Shown here: positions 1 to 11,722 of the stretch, piece after piece
How positions within the stretch are numbered: the stretch's first letter is position 1
Layout of the letters: each line of letters opens with the position of its first letter
Origin: Diplonema japonicum
Lineage: Eukaryota > Protista > Euglenozoa: Diplonemea
NCBI GenBank assembly: GCA_964019335.1
Contig: OZ025760.1
Coordinates: 124,001-188,000, forward strand
DNA: 64,000 nucleotides
Direction: 5' to 3'
Position numbers and translations under genes: made by a program
Notes under the pieces: model-generated
The model's input: the letters and a program-made list of their open reading frames with translations, nothing else
Told to the model about the DNA's origin: nothing
Databases searched by the model: none

Positions 1-3
1 CTT

Positions 4-474
4 TCACACGCTTTCCTCAGGCTGGACATGAACAAGAGATGTGTGAGGCATGGAAGTAGCTTTTGCATTAGGGTCTGGGAGGCCTAGCCTGCGTCTCTCC
101 TTAGCGCGCTCCTCAAGGAGCTTCTTCTTGATATATGCCTCTTTCTTGGTCTTTCTAGCCAGCTGTCTATCATGCTCATCAATAGCGTATTGAAATCTAC
201 TCTGAGTGATACCCAAGGCGTCCGCTACTTTCTCTCCCAGGTAATCGGCTGTTGCATACATTTGATATAATACAGGATACACCGCTCTCCAAGTCTTTTC
301 TACCACTTCGTACTTAAATGGGACTTCGTACCACTCTGGGCTTGCGCTGTAGTAACCCTCAGCTTCAGGAGTGGGTTCCTCTCGGTCTTTAGCCTCTTCT
401 TCTATTTGTATTTCTATCTCTGTTTCGTCATCTTTCTCCTCTTCCACCAAGCTTTTGTGCTCCTCTTCGGACAT
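4..474 (-). CDS. FAM177 family protein
   Basis: 156 aa ORF; ADYLGEKVADALGITQSRFQYAIDEH resembles the FAM177A1 core (DFLGEKIASVLGISTPKYQYAIDEY); acidic N-terminus. Confidence 0.8.
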   Translation of the reverse strand: MSEEEHKSLVEEEKDDETEIEIQIEEEAKDREEPTPEAEGYYSASPEWYEVPFKYEVVEKTWRAVYPVLYQMYATADYLGEKVADALGITQSRFQYAIDEHDRQLARKTKKEAYIKKKLLEERAKERRRLGLPDPNAKATSMPHTSLVHVQPEESV

Positions 475-947
475 TTATTTAACCCTTTCTCCCCCTTTTT
501 GTTGTATGTTTTTGGTTTGGGGGGGGGGGGGGGGGGGGAAGGAGGGAAAAAAAAAAAGAAGAAGAACTGGCCATGAGGCACATTAAATATTAGGTGGCAA
601 GGGGGGGGTTTTTTTTTTAACGAGAGAGGATCTCGTTTTTCGCTCGTGAAGTAATAATTTCTTATTTTTTTCCCCCTCTCGAGTGTTTAAGCCCGCCCCT
701 CCTCACCCACAAAGTGGGGAAAAAAAAAAAAAAAAAAATAGGGCGTTGATTGCAACACTAAGTGGTGTTAAGTGTGCAACGAAGCATGAACTACTTGATT
801 ACAGGGCGCATCTCGGCCGAGCTGTGGCTTCTTTTGTGTTCCGCGTCGTGTCGTTAATGCGTGCAGTGTGTTCCGGGTAACCAAGATTCCGCGCCCGTGC
901 AGTTTGCTGCCGAGCATCTGCAATACGTTCTTCCACTCGGGCGCTAC

Positions 948-1004
948 TGAAATGATTTTAAGTCAGAATAGAGAAGCGAAAAAATGGATAAAAAGGGGTG
1001 GAAT
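948..1004 (-). mobile_element. 57-nt 3'-terminal retro-insertion (R1 family) with TSD
   Basis: Diverged copy of 12135-12190; flanked by direct repeat GGCGCTAC (940-947, 1005-1012). Confidence 0.7.
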
Positions 1005-1063
1005 GGCGCTACCGGTGATGACCCTTTATATTAAAAAAAAAAAAAATGGAAAAAAAAATAAAA

Positions 1064-1399
1064 TCATTGTTCAAAGATGTCCCTTGCAAGGTGCTTCGAA
1101 CATCTTTCTAAGGGGTCGAAGTAGTCAGCGCAGTGCTGGGTTCCTTGGTACTCTCCCACCGACCGGATCGACTTGAAGCACCTCCAGAAGCTGTCGGCTT
1201 CTGCCGGGCACGCACCGGCCTTCCCCACGCAGTGCAGGCAGGTCTCATACATTTCCACCCCTACTGCATTCAATGCTGTTCCCCCCTTCTCGGCCTTCTT
1301 CAGCTCTTTAGAATAGTTTTTCCAGTACACCTTGCAGTCCTTTGCCGCTTTTCTCCTCTGCGCTTCGGTCAGAGGGACGTACCCACCTTCGTCACCCAT
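1064..1399 (-). CDS. twin CX9C (CHCH-type) small protein, probably mitochondrial intermembrane space
   Basis: CPAEADSFWRC and CADYFDPLERC are both CX9C; A-tract+ACAG lies 16 nt upstream of ATG. Confidence 0.65.
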   Translation of the reverse strand: MGDEGGYVPLTEAQRRKAAKDCKVYWKNYSKELKKAEKGGTALNAVGVEMYETCLHCVGKAGACPAEADSFWRCFKSIRSVGEYQGTQHCADYFDPLERCSKHLARDIFEQ

Positions 1400-1599
1400 C
1401 CTTGTTGTGTATCTTCTGTTTTTTTTTTTTTTTTTTATAGGCCATGGTGCGTTGGGCGGCTAAAAGAATTTATAAAAAAAAAAAAAAGAAGAAAGAGAGT
1501 GTAACATTTAACCATTAAAAGGACCATGAAGGCATATGTGTCCTTAAGAAAAAATGTGACACTTTTTTGTGCCCCACAGCCCTTGGACTGCCGTCTGCA

Positions 1600-2350
1600 T
1601 CTCCGTCTATTCAGAGGTTAGACAAAACACTTCAGCACTGGCCAATCAGCGAAGGCACTGTGAAGGCCGTGCCAAAAATCAATAAAAAGCACAATTTAAC
1701 ACCTGCAAAGCGTGCAATGTTGCCCTGTGCCATCCACTGCGTTTCTATCATCGCTGTTCTTCAGCCTCCATAATTGTTCAGGTAACAAGGGTTCTTGACC
1801 AAGTGGGAAACACACATTTAATACTCCACGTATAACAGCGATGCAAGCAAAATCAGTTAGGCAGGAAACTTCGACAGCTGACCAAGGTGGGGAGGCAAAC
1901 AGGATGCACACATCTTCGGTATTGCAGCTCATACAGCAAACTGGTGTTCTACATGAGAGTGGTCCCGGACTCGCATGTGGGATGCAGTTCGAGAGCAGAT
2001 CGAAAGAATGGCAGCAGGCGAAATTGTCTATAAAAGTTGGCGGGCTTGGGACGAAGAGCTTACGCGCGGCTAACATGGCTTCGAGGGCAGAAGATGTGCA
2101 ATGGGCTGGATCTCAAATTCGAGCATGGGCTGGAAGGGGGTGTATGGGGGAGCTGGCTTGAGTAGTTCAACAGAACTAAAGGCGGCTGAAATGGTTTTAA
2201 GTTAGAATATAGAAGCGAAGAAATAGATAAAAAGGGGTGGAAAAGAACTAAAGGCGGCATGCAAATAACGTCAGACATGATGGGGCCCAGGCCCCACATC
2301 TGGAGGACCTCCTGACAAAAGCGGACGCGCGATCGAGGGAAAATTTCCTA
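1600..2350 (+). pseudogene. possible highly degenerate DDE (pogo-like) transposase remnant
   Basis: Broken frames with HIFGIAAHTANW, loosely like the pogo LPPHTSHLLQP motif; weak. Confidence 0.25.
2187..2243 (-). mobile_element. 57-nt R1-family insertion with 15-bp TSD
   Basis: AGAACTAAAGGCGGC at 2172-2186 and 2244-2258 flanks a copy of the R1 terminus. Confidence 0.8.
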
Positions 2351-2384
2351 AAGGATTTCTGTGTAGGGTATGTGGAGTATTAGA

Positions 2385-2475
2385 ATTAAGCAGGGGTTGC
2401 TTCCATGGCCCGTATATAAGTTTATTGCCAAGGCAAATAATAATGAAAATAACAGAACAAAGCGGAAAGGGAAAG
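2385..2475 (-). repeat. diverged internal R1 fragment
   Basis: GAATTAAGCAGGGGTTGCTTCCATGGCCCGTAT...AATAATGAAAATAACA matches 12900-12970. Confidence 0.7.
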
Positions 2476-2639
2476 GACCCACAGTGGTCGCCAAAGAAAA
2501 TGCTGGCCTGCGGTTCGATTCACAAAAAGAAAGGTGCTGGACCTTTATAAAAATTACGTTATCACTTAGTGATCCATGTCCACGGTCATCTTTAGTAAAA
2601 GGCGAAAGATGAGTTCGTTCTGAACAAGAATCGTGAGAT

Positions 2640-4440
2640 GCCTCTCCAAGACAAGACAAACTGCCTTTTTTACACAAATTGTGGTGCAAAGAAAGGGGGT
2701 ACGAAAGTTACCAGACTAAAGGAAAAAACCAAAGCAAAGGAACCCGAACCCACGTACATCGGGGGTTGACTCAAACGCTCAAACGAAAAACCATAAAGTG
2801 GAAGTTATGCAATTTTTTCTTCAAAAGAGAAATAAGCCTCACTAGCTTTTTAGAGAAAAACAACGTACACTGTAACCAGTAACCAGCTAACTTTTTTTTT
2901 CCACCCAGGTCTGTAAGCAGAATTTCCACCACTGTTACGATAAAATTCGGATCCACCCGAACTTTGCCCTGCCTGAGACAGGCTTTGTTGCCCAGGCAAC
3001 CACACCTCGGGCAAGCCGTTTTCACCTACAGTAGGGATAAACGGACAAGCTGCCTCTACTCTTTTTTGCAATAACATTTCTTTTCAAAAATTTGTTCAGC
3101 AAAAAAAAAAAGTAGACTCAATTAGCTAACAACGCCATAAAGAACGGCGATGTGAAGTGATGTTCATCTGAATTATTGCGTTTGAGTCAGTGGATTTTAA
3201 AAAAGAAGAGTAGGGTGTGCCACTCCTGGATGTTGTGCAGCTCCAGGGCAACACCTGCTCTTTAAAGCAACCAGGGTTGTGTATCTCTTTGGCATCCCTG
3301 AACTATTGTATTGAACTATTTTATTTGAAGTGCATGGCAGTTAACTATTGTCACTTCTAGGGCCCACCAGAAGAGTCCGCAACACCCAACGAAATGCAAG
3401 CCCCTCACAGCAGGGCTTCGGCCAGACCCACAGTCGAAAAGTAGCTATCGCAAACTACCGTGTTGTCATTTCCCCGGAAAGGCTCTGTTAACCCCAGCCC
3501 CGCTTTTTCCACAACACTGAAATCTTCAAGTGCGTGCCCCTCGATTTTGGTGGCGTGGATGTGAAACGCAAAAGATAACCCGTGCTCGCGCAGTTTAGGC
3601 AGTAGATTTTTATGCCATATCTTTTACGCTTGAAAGGACAGTAGACCCGCAGCCCCAATTGCCCCGTGAAGGTACGAGTGTCTCGTCAATGCTTAAATAT
3701 TTTCCTGGCACTGCTGCTTTTGCCCACTTGTCACCAATTCTGTCCAGAAACCCCCGTATCTTCACAACAAATCACCGTTTGACTCTTCTGTGTGAGTGAA
3801 GTGGAGGCTACTTTTGATTTCCCAGTAGCGTCTCCTGGGCTTCGTGTTGAAAAGGAGGATTTTCATGGGTCCTGTGGACCAATACGACTGCTGATTCTGG
3901 GCACGCCGTAAATCGCAATGCTCAATCCGAGTGAGCGGTGGAGTCTTGGGTCGAAATTTTATCAATCTCAGCGTCCTTTTGCCTGTTTGTCTCTTCTTGG
4001 ATGACGTCTGTTAACTTCTTATAAAAAAACCGAAGGAATAACCATTTTGCGTCGTCAGGTTTCTGCGTACCACGGGACAGCTTTTTTTCTCCCCACTGGC
4101 CTATTTTATGGTCTCTATGGGTACCAACTTCCTTACCCATGAAGGTTGGACCTCGTCCGTAGCTGTTTTGGCTTTACCTTTGCGTTTTTTGGGAACAATT
4201 TGGGCACAGTATGCACACCCGTTATTTTGCGTTTTTAGCCTATCTACTCGGATTTGGGACCCACTTGGTGGGTGGATAACAAGGTAAAGCGATGCAGCGC
4301 AGCATTAATTGCAGTTGAAAATAACTCCTCACTATAGTCGTTCTTGGAGATGCGGGGGTCGTGGGGACGAAAAAGTACTTAGAGAAAAAAACGATTTTTC
4401 AAAACGACAAATATTTGCGCCTTGGAGTGTTATGGGTTAA
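2640..4440 (-). mobile_element. degenerate piggyBac DNA transposon
   Basis: Minus-strand fragments PGKYLSIDETLVPSRG, YCPFKRKRYGIKIY and DNTVVCDSYFSTVGLAEALL are piggyBac catalytic-core motifs; GGG-TTAA end at 4434-4440; many stops. Left boundary approximate. Confidence 0.75.
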
Positions 4441-4973
4441 CCACTAAAGGACCGGGGGTTTTGGCGAAAATTTCCCGCGAGGGGGACCGCGACCAGGGGG
4501 GCCTCACCCAAGAAGTGAGTGCACGCCCTGGACATGCAATTGGGGGCCAAAAATGGCCTCGCCCTTGGAAAGAAAGCCCAGATGCCGAAGCTCATCCAGG
4601 TCCTCAGGGCCGTCGACGCCTGCATCCTTGGTGAGCCTCCGAAGGCGACGAGTCCAGTGATCGGCCGCGTCGCGGCGAGATCTCGCTTGGCCGCGGGGAG
4701 TGCGGGACCGTCCTCGGGCACCGGGCGTTTGTTCCTCTGTGCGTTGTAGGTGATCAGGAGAGGGGTCTTCCCCGAAGGTCTAGCTTTATCGCCTCCTGGG
4801 GTCTCGGAGCCAAAGAGCGGGTGTTTCCATCCACCTTGGGCGAACCGCCGACCACCACTGTTGCTGCACCAGGGTGTTCAGTCCCGAGTGCCACTCGTGA
4901 GACAGCCGGAGACGCTCGGACTCAGGCAGTGCGTTGTGCGCAGTCACAAGTAGTTGCTCTTGGTTGGCGACAG

Positions 4974-6005
4974 TTACTTGTTGGTCGGTAGTTCTGACCG
5001 CGTCACGAGCCTCGAGCAGCAGTTGATGTGGAGGGGTGTCCAGAGGTGCTTCGGGAGGGACCCGACCGCCAGGATCCGTCTCTGGTGTTCGTCCAAGAGC
5101 TCCGGTCGTTGTCGGAAGTAGACCAAGAGACTGAGGTAGCGGTCCATCCGTCTCTGGAGGAGCCTTCGGTCGAGGGCATCCTGGTCAAGGCCCTGGGACT
5201 GTTCGCGAAGGATGAGAAGCCCTTCGTCGTCGGTGGATGTAGAACTCTTACCACGACGGCTTTCGTGCTCGTATGCAGTGCCGTCGTGCTTCTTCTTACG
5301 CGAGGGTTTGTCCGGGGAGTCCTGCGTGAGGTCGATCACCTCTGGGCCCCCGCTTGTTTGAGGAGGGTCAAGGGGGGCAACTGCCTCGGTTCGGGCAACG
5401 GGCGCCTCCAGGGTCAGTGTTTGGATGCCGACCGCCGGTTGGAGTGTCGCGTGTCCCATGCCGGGAGGCATCGGCGTGTCAATCCCGAGCCCGATGTTCT
5501 GATGGGCGGACTGGGTGCATACCGTAAGCTGGGCGGCCCCAGGGACCGTCACTAGGGCTCCAATCGTCTGGTGGATGCCCAGGGGGCCCCCTGCCGAATC
5601 GGGCGTCGTCGCCTCGACTCGGACTAGAGATGGCTCCGCAGCCGACGTCGATTCCCTCTGGGTGCTGATAACCGGTTGGAGTGTCGCGTGTCCCATGCCA
5701 GACGGCATCGGTGTGTCAAACCCGTGCCCGGTGCAGACCGCGAGCTCAGAGGGTGCCACGCTCGTTGATGGCGGCTGGCACGGTGTCAACTGCGGCCCAG
5801 CATTCGTCCGTCTCAGCAGAGTCACGCGGGGTGTAGAAGCTGCAAGCGATCGCGGTTCTGTAGCCTCCGAAACCGGCCTGGCCGAGGTCGCAGGCGTCCT
5901 CAGTTCTATGGACCTTGTGAATAGCCTGACCTCTGGTGAAACGGGTGTCTGCAGTTTTGCCGACTTCGTGAAAAGCTTGATCGGCGCGGCCACGGGCGTC
6001 CTCAA
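4974..6005 (-). mobile_element. Pro/Thr-rich ORF fragment, probably TE-derived (ORF1-like)
   Basis: GC-rich, no ATG of its own, fused to retroelement fragments, internal duplication DTPMP.GMGHATLQP. Confidence 0.4.
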
Positions 6006-6009
6006 TTCG

Positions 6010-6325
6010 AATGGTACCGTAAAGGTACGGCATGCGACGCGTGGAATCGAGGTTGAAGGCCTTGGCCTGATCTGCTATCTCAGAGAAGATCGAGTCCAAG
6101 GGTCTCGAGACCGGCTCGAAAGCTTGACTGTCGAGCTGTTGGTGCAAGATCTTGAGGTAGTGGTCCTTGCAACAGACGCCGATGTCGTGGGTGCTCTTGT
6201 CAATGGGGAGGAAAACATAGATCTCCTGGAGTTTGCGAAGCTTTGTCTTGATGAACTCCGGGATCGAAGGGTCGAAAACCGGAGACTGGGTGTGAGGATG
6301 GAGGAGGTTTTGTGCTTCCCCACTC
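6010..6325 (-). mobile_element. Penelope-like element RT N-terminal fragment
   Basis: YVFLPIDKSTHDIGVCCKDHY...MPYLYGT resembles Penelope-type motifs (V.ADK...V..K..Y; LP.LYG). Confidence 0.6.
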
Positions 6326-7107
6326 CCCCACTCCGTGCCTGCCAGCGCTCGCATCACCTTGATTCTTTCCTCAAGTCGGGTGATCACATATTCAACGTGC
6401 GCCTTGAAGTTCACTTCTTCGTCGAACCTCACCCCCCAGGAACATGGGATTCTTCTCATATTTCTTCACTTCCGTTTTTTGCGTGCCATCCATGAAGTAC
6501 AGTGCGCCCTTCTCCTTTCCGCCCGTCCTCATGAAGCACGTCTTTTTGCGGGACAGCTTCAGACCCCACTCTTTGGCCCACGTGTCTATGGTGTCCAGTA
6601 CCTTTTGCGCCTTTTTCTGTGCTTCTGCGTGGTTGTCTGCGGTGATCACAGCTGTCATGTCGTCCGCGTACAGCGATGCGAAGACCCTTTGTCCTTCCTC
6701 TTCAAGGGCTCTCGCTATGTTGTCCACGTAGAACAGGAACAGCAATGGTGAGAGCACCGTTCCCTGCGGTACGCCTTCTTCCTTCTCACGGTTGTCGCTT
6801 GTTACTCCTTCCAGATTTACTGCTGCCTGTCTATTCTGTAGGAAGGCGCCTATCCAGTTCAAGTACAGCGGTGGGAGCTTCATGGCCGTCAGCTTCTCCA
6901 TTAGCTTTGCTTTTTGCACCGTGTTGAATGCTTTTTCGAAGTCGAGGAATATGGTGTAGGAGACTTTCTTCTTTTTTTGACCGTCCTTAAGCCTCTGTGT
7001 GAGTGCTGCAATCTGTTCTATTGTTGTTCGGCCTGCTTGAAATCCGGCTTGTGTGTTGCAGAGCTTGTGCACGTTCGATGTCGGATCTTCCAGTAAGTAG
7101 TTGAGTC
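6326..7107 (-). mobile_element. ingi/L1Tc-like non-LTR reverse transcriptase fragment
   Basis: QAGF, FLDFEKAF, GVPQGTVLSPLLF, YADD, FLGV.FD, ALAGTEWG; joined directly to the LRR gene at ~7107. Confidence 0.85.
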
Positions 7108-7751
7108 TTGCACCCATGCAAGAAGTAATCACCAATGGAAGAAAGATTGGTCATCGCATTCAAGTTGATGGTTTCTAGATTTTTGCACTCATATAAAAGA
7201 TTTTCATCAATGGTGGAAACATTGGGGAGGATGAGATCAACAGACGTCAGGTGGTCGCACTCTTCAAGAAACCCAGCGTCTATCCTTGTAACACAGCCTG
7301 TGGAGTCGGTGACAACGAGGAACCGAAGTTCAGAAGGAAGGACCGTCCTGTCCATGGACAAGACTTCGACAGCTGGCGAGTTCCCCACCTCCACCACCAG
7401 AACCAGCTCAGGGTCAGCTGTCACAAGCTCCTCAAGCGCTGAAACCACTTCTGAGCTCTCAAGCTCCTCCAGCTGAACGGTTCTCATCTTCTTCACCTCC
7501 ACATGGACCACGCTGCCCTCCACGAGCCCGAGTTCCTGGATATCTTCACCCCCGTTCCTGTCCAGGACCTCTCCCTCCCAAACCAGTTCGAACTTGCCTT
7601 CGAGTAAACCAGCAGCACACCCCGCCTTCTTGTACAGGATCCCCACCGTCTCCTTCCCCGACACTTCCACATCGTGAACCCCGCCTCCCGTCTTCACGAA
7701 CACTGTCATATCGTTCACCTCTTCACCTGATCCCTCTCTCCTGCCATTCAT
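7108..7751 (-). pseudogene. ubiquitin-like + BspA-type LRR gene, copy 1, truncated by ingi fragment
   Basis: UBL (VFVKTGGGVHDVEVSGKETVG...GLVEGSVVHV); nearly identical to 9910-10517; interrupted after the first LRRs. Confidence 0.8.
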
Positions 7752-9333
7752 GTTCTTTTTATATTATTTTTCTTTCTTTCTTTTTTTCTAATGTATTTTC
7801 CCTGTGTGCTTTGTCTCGAAGGCTGCAGGAGTCAAATGAAGAAGAAGAACCTCTAGAAAATAAAGGAAATCTTATTCATAAGGGCGGATGACTGGAAAAC
7901 ATCTTGATATGACACCTCGAGTGACCTTACGGTAGTCATCCTGTGGCGTTTGCGTGTGAGACGCCGGAGGACCCGCGATGTTGGCTGGCTGACTGCTAGA
8001 TGATCAGAATTGATCTCTGTGTCATCCTCCAAGGACGTCGCACTGGGCCGGCCTGGCTTGCACACTGTACCCATGCTACTGTAGAACAAGTCTTTTCCAA
8101 CAGTAAGGCCAGCTGCCTGAAGTGAGAGGGTGGGGATGAAACTACGGGGGTGCCGGGATGGTCAGGACTTACTTTACTTTACAAGGTCAGGACTTCCAAT
8201 ACCATGTGGTCTTCTCACCCCTGCTTTCTGAAAATCTTTTTTTTGATACCCAAAGGAGGGGGGGGGGGGGGGGGAGAAAGAGAAGAAAGATAAACAATTG
8301 TTTTTTTTTTCTTCTTATTTTTTTTTTATTTATTTTCTGGATTCCCTCTACAGGAATTTTGGCCAAAGCCGGGAAAAATAAAGTTTTCCATATTTCCCAA
8401 GGGAAAATAAAGCACTTTATTTTTTCATTTTTGAAAGAAAAAAAATTCGGAACGAAGTGGTTAGCAACGGCCCGCAAAAAAAAAAAAAAAAAGTCGATCT
8501 TTTAACATCAAGGTGACAAGTCAAATGGCGCTCAGTAAGAACGGTGATAAACTAAGAAGAAAAAGAAGAAAAAAAGAAGAAAAACGAAACCCATTAACTG
8601 TTATCGTCCAATACTTCCTACAGGCGCTCTTGCGACGACCACCACAGCCATCGCCAACGTGCCAAAATAAAATGGGCCAAACTCGCACACTGGTGTGAGC
8701 TTCAAGGGAGCTAAACGTTTCAGACATGGCGTGCCACACCCATAGGCCTCTCACGACCGGGGAGGGGGTGTCCTGGTCTTTTTTTCTTTCTCTTTTTTTT
8801 TCTTGGTGTTCTCTTTCCACAAGCTTTGCTGGCTGTTTAACACTTTACACTTTTTTTTTTTTTTTTTTTCTTCTTTTTTTGACTACTAAGGGTGCCGGAC
8901 CTCAGTATCCTTTCCCCCCCATATTTTTTCTTAATTATATGTTATCGGGGGTGGGGAAATGTTTGTTTGTTTGTTTTGTTTGGGGAGAGGGGGGGCTTTT
9001 TTTTTTTCACACTGCTGCATCTGATTGGTCGGGTGCTGTGGTGGGGAGGGGGTAGGTTCTCTGTTTCCGCGAGAAACAGGATGGTACACTCTCTATTTGG
9101 GGATCAGGGATGGGATCTCGGGATTCTGATTAAATGACAAGTGCCTCAGCCGCCTTCTGATCGGCATGCTACTTCAGCAGGTTAGATGGTTGTTGTGGAG
9201 TTGTTGCGGAGGGGGGCAGGTCCCCGGTGTCTTCGAGGTATTGGATTGCTTTCCGTTGGTTTTTCCACAAAGATGTTTCTCAGCGCCAGGGTGTTCTTTT
9301 TTCTTCTTTTTTCCCCTCTTTTTTCTTCTTCTT

Positions 9334-10544
9334 CTAAACACTGACTTTTCTTTTTAAATTCAAGTCGACAGTTTCTAGTTTTACGCACCCCTCCAAGAAG
9401 CTATGACCAATGGAAGAAAGATTGGTCAACGTATTCAAGTCGATGGTTTCTAGTTTTTCGCACCCAAACAAGAAGCGATGACCAATGGAAGAAAGATTGG
9501 TCATCGCATTCAAGTCGATGGTTTCGAGTTTTTTGCACCCATACAAGAAGCTATCACCAATGGAAGAAAGATTGGTCATCGCATTCAAGTTGATGGTTTC
9601 TAGATTTTCGCACCCATACAAGAAGCTATGACCAATGGAAGAAAGATTGGTCATCGCATTCAAGTCGATGGTTTCTAGTTTTTCGCACCTAAACAAGAAG
9701 CGATCACCAATGGAAGAAAGATTGGTCATCGCATTCAAGTCGATGGTTTCTAGTTTTTCGCACCCATACAAGAAGTAATGACCAATAGAAGAAAGATTGG
9801 TCATCGCATTCAAGTTGATGGTTTCTAGTTTTTCGCACCCATACAAGACCTCATCACCAATAAAAGAAAGATTGGTCATCGCATTCAAGTCGATGGTTTC
9901 TAGTTTTTTGCACCCAAACAAGAAGCCATCACCAATGGAAGAAAGATTGGTCATCGCATTCAAGTTGATGGTTTCTAGATTTTTGCACTCATTTAAAAAA
10001 TTTTTATCAATGGTGGAAACATTGGGAGGATGAGATCAACAGACGTCAGGTGGTCGCACTCTCCAAGAAACCCAGAGCCTATCCTTGTAACACAGCCTGT
10101 GGAGTCGGTGACAACGAGGAACCGAAGTCCGGAAGGAAGGACCGTCGTCTTCATGGACAAGACTTCGACAGCTGGCGAGTTCCCCACCTCCACCACCAGA
10201 ACCAGCTCAGGGTCAGCTGTCACAAGCTCCTCAAGCTCTGAAACCACTTCTGAGCTCTCAAGCTCCTCCAGCTGAACGGTTCTCATCTTCTTCACCTCCA
10301 CATGGACCACGCTGCCCTCCACGAGCCCGAGTTCCTGGATATCTTCACCCCCGTTCCTGTCCAGGACCTCTCCCTCCCAAACCAGTTCGAACTTGCCTTC
10401 GAGTAAACCAGCAGCACACCCCGCCTTCTTGTACAGGATCCCCACCGTCTCCTTCCCCGACACTTCCACATCGTGAACCCCGCCTCCCGTCTTCACGAAC
10501 ACTGTCATATCGTTCATCTTTTCATCAGATCTCTTTCTCTTCAT
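9334..10544 (-). pseudogene. ubiquitin-like + BspA/TpLRR gene, copy 2 (1-nt frameshift near 10025)
   Basis: MKRKRSDEKM-UBL-linker, then ~8 near-identical 25-aa LRRs; GGG here vs GGGG in copy 1 breaks the frame (real mutation or homopolymer error). Confidence 0.75.
9357..9990 (-). repeat. 75-bp coding tandem repeat (LRR units)
   Basis: Unit NAMTNLSSIGxxFLxGCxKLETI(D/N)L repeated about 8 times. Confidence 0.95.
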
Positions 10545-10560
10545 CTTTTTATTTCTTAAA

Positions 10561-10670
10561 GGGGCTGGATATTGGGTTGGAATTAACAAAATCACAATCA
10601 ATCATGGCTGGGGAACCTCCAAGTGGTGGCCCTGGGTCTTCTCCCTCAGGAGGAGAGCGAAAACCCCAGC
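10561..10670 (+). ncRNA. HDV-like self-cleaving ribozyme at the 5' end of LINE A
   Basis: P1 GGGGCT(10561-66)/GGCCCT(10628-33) with terminal G.U; P2 GCTGGGG(10607-13)/CCCCAGC(10664-70); P3 ACC/GGT; L3 TCCAAGT; P1.1 GG; P4 TCTTCTCC-CTCA-GGAGGAGA; J4/2 GCGAAAA with C10658. Confidence 0.85.
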
Positions 10671-11627
10671 AGGGGCAGCACCTTCGTGGGTGCAGGTAGC
10701 GCGGGCGAGACCAGGGAAGGGGAAGGTGGTACGCGCGGTGAGGGTAACGGCAGAGGCGGGATGGCCGAAGACACATGGCAAGCAGCAGCAGGAACGCTGG
10801 ATGGACGAGGACGAGGACGAAGACGAGAACGCCACCGAGGTGCTGAGAGTGGTATGGAGGCGACCGGCGGCGGGGGAAGGTCGAGGCCGACGCGAGAGAG
10901 CACACGAAGAAGGTGCTCGGATCCATGGGGATCGGGACCCGAGGGCTGTCAGACCCGAGGGGCGAGGGGTGGGACGGCAAGCTCACCAAGATGGACCTCC
11001 TGGTCTATCTGTCGGCGAGCGACGCGAAGAAAGCGAAGCAGGCCGGGGGTGCAGAAGGTACCGGTATGTACATCGAAGAACGAAGGAGGAGGAAGGAGGA
11101 CGCGCCACCGTTGTGGCTAAAGACGTGGAGCGTGTCGGAGGCACGGAAGGCGGCGGGGCCCGAGGCAGCCATCATCAGCAACGGGAGGGGGGTCGGGCTG
11201 GTGATGGAGAAGCAAGGACGCACGCGGCAGGCAGGGCACGGGAGGCAGGGCTACTGGTGGAAGCAGGGGGAGCAAAGAAGACGAAGTACGACCTCCACTG
11301 CGTACCGCGCGGAGTAACAGCAGAGCAGGTGCAGGAGGTGATCCGCACGAAGGGGTGGGAAGGTGCGGAGGTGCTCCGGATGATCCCCAAGAAAGGGAAA
11401 CAGCTCGCCATTATCCAGGCGGTTGTCCGACCCCCGTTCGGGGAAGTCCAAGTAGGAGAGAACCAAATGCCCTTGACAGAGGCATGGAAACTCCAACCGC
11501 TGCGGATGGTGATGGCGAAAGGGGAGACGCGGAAGGACCCAAACGAGAACAACGACACCAAGCGCCAAGTACTCCAAGCCAGAGCTTCTATGGCAAGGAC
11601 AAAGGCGAGGAGTACTGGGCAGCGGCG

Positions 11628-11722
11628 GACCCGAAGGCACAGCAGAAGCAGGACCCGAAGGCACAACAAAAGCAGGACCCAAAGGCACAACAGAAGAAGG
11701 ACCCGAAGGCACAGCAGAAGGG
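11628..11722 (+). repeat. 24-bp tandem repeat in ORF1 (DPKAQQKQ x4)
   Basis: Visible in the 11355..12149 translation. Confidence 0.85.

Noticed and set aside
9357-9990. CRISPR-like regular repeat
   Set aside because: Contiguous in-frame 75-bp LRR units with no unique spacers; eukaryotic context
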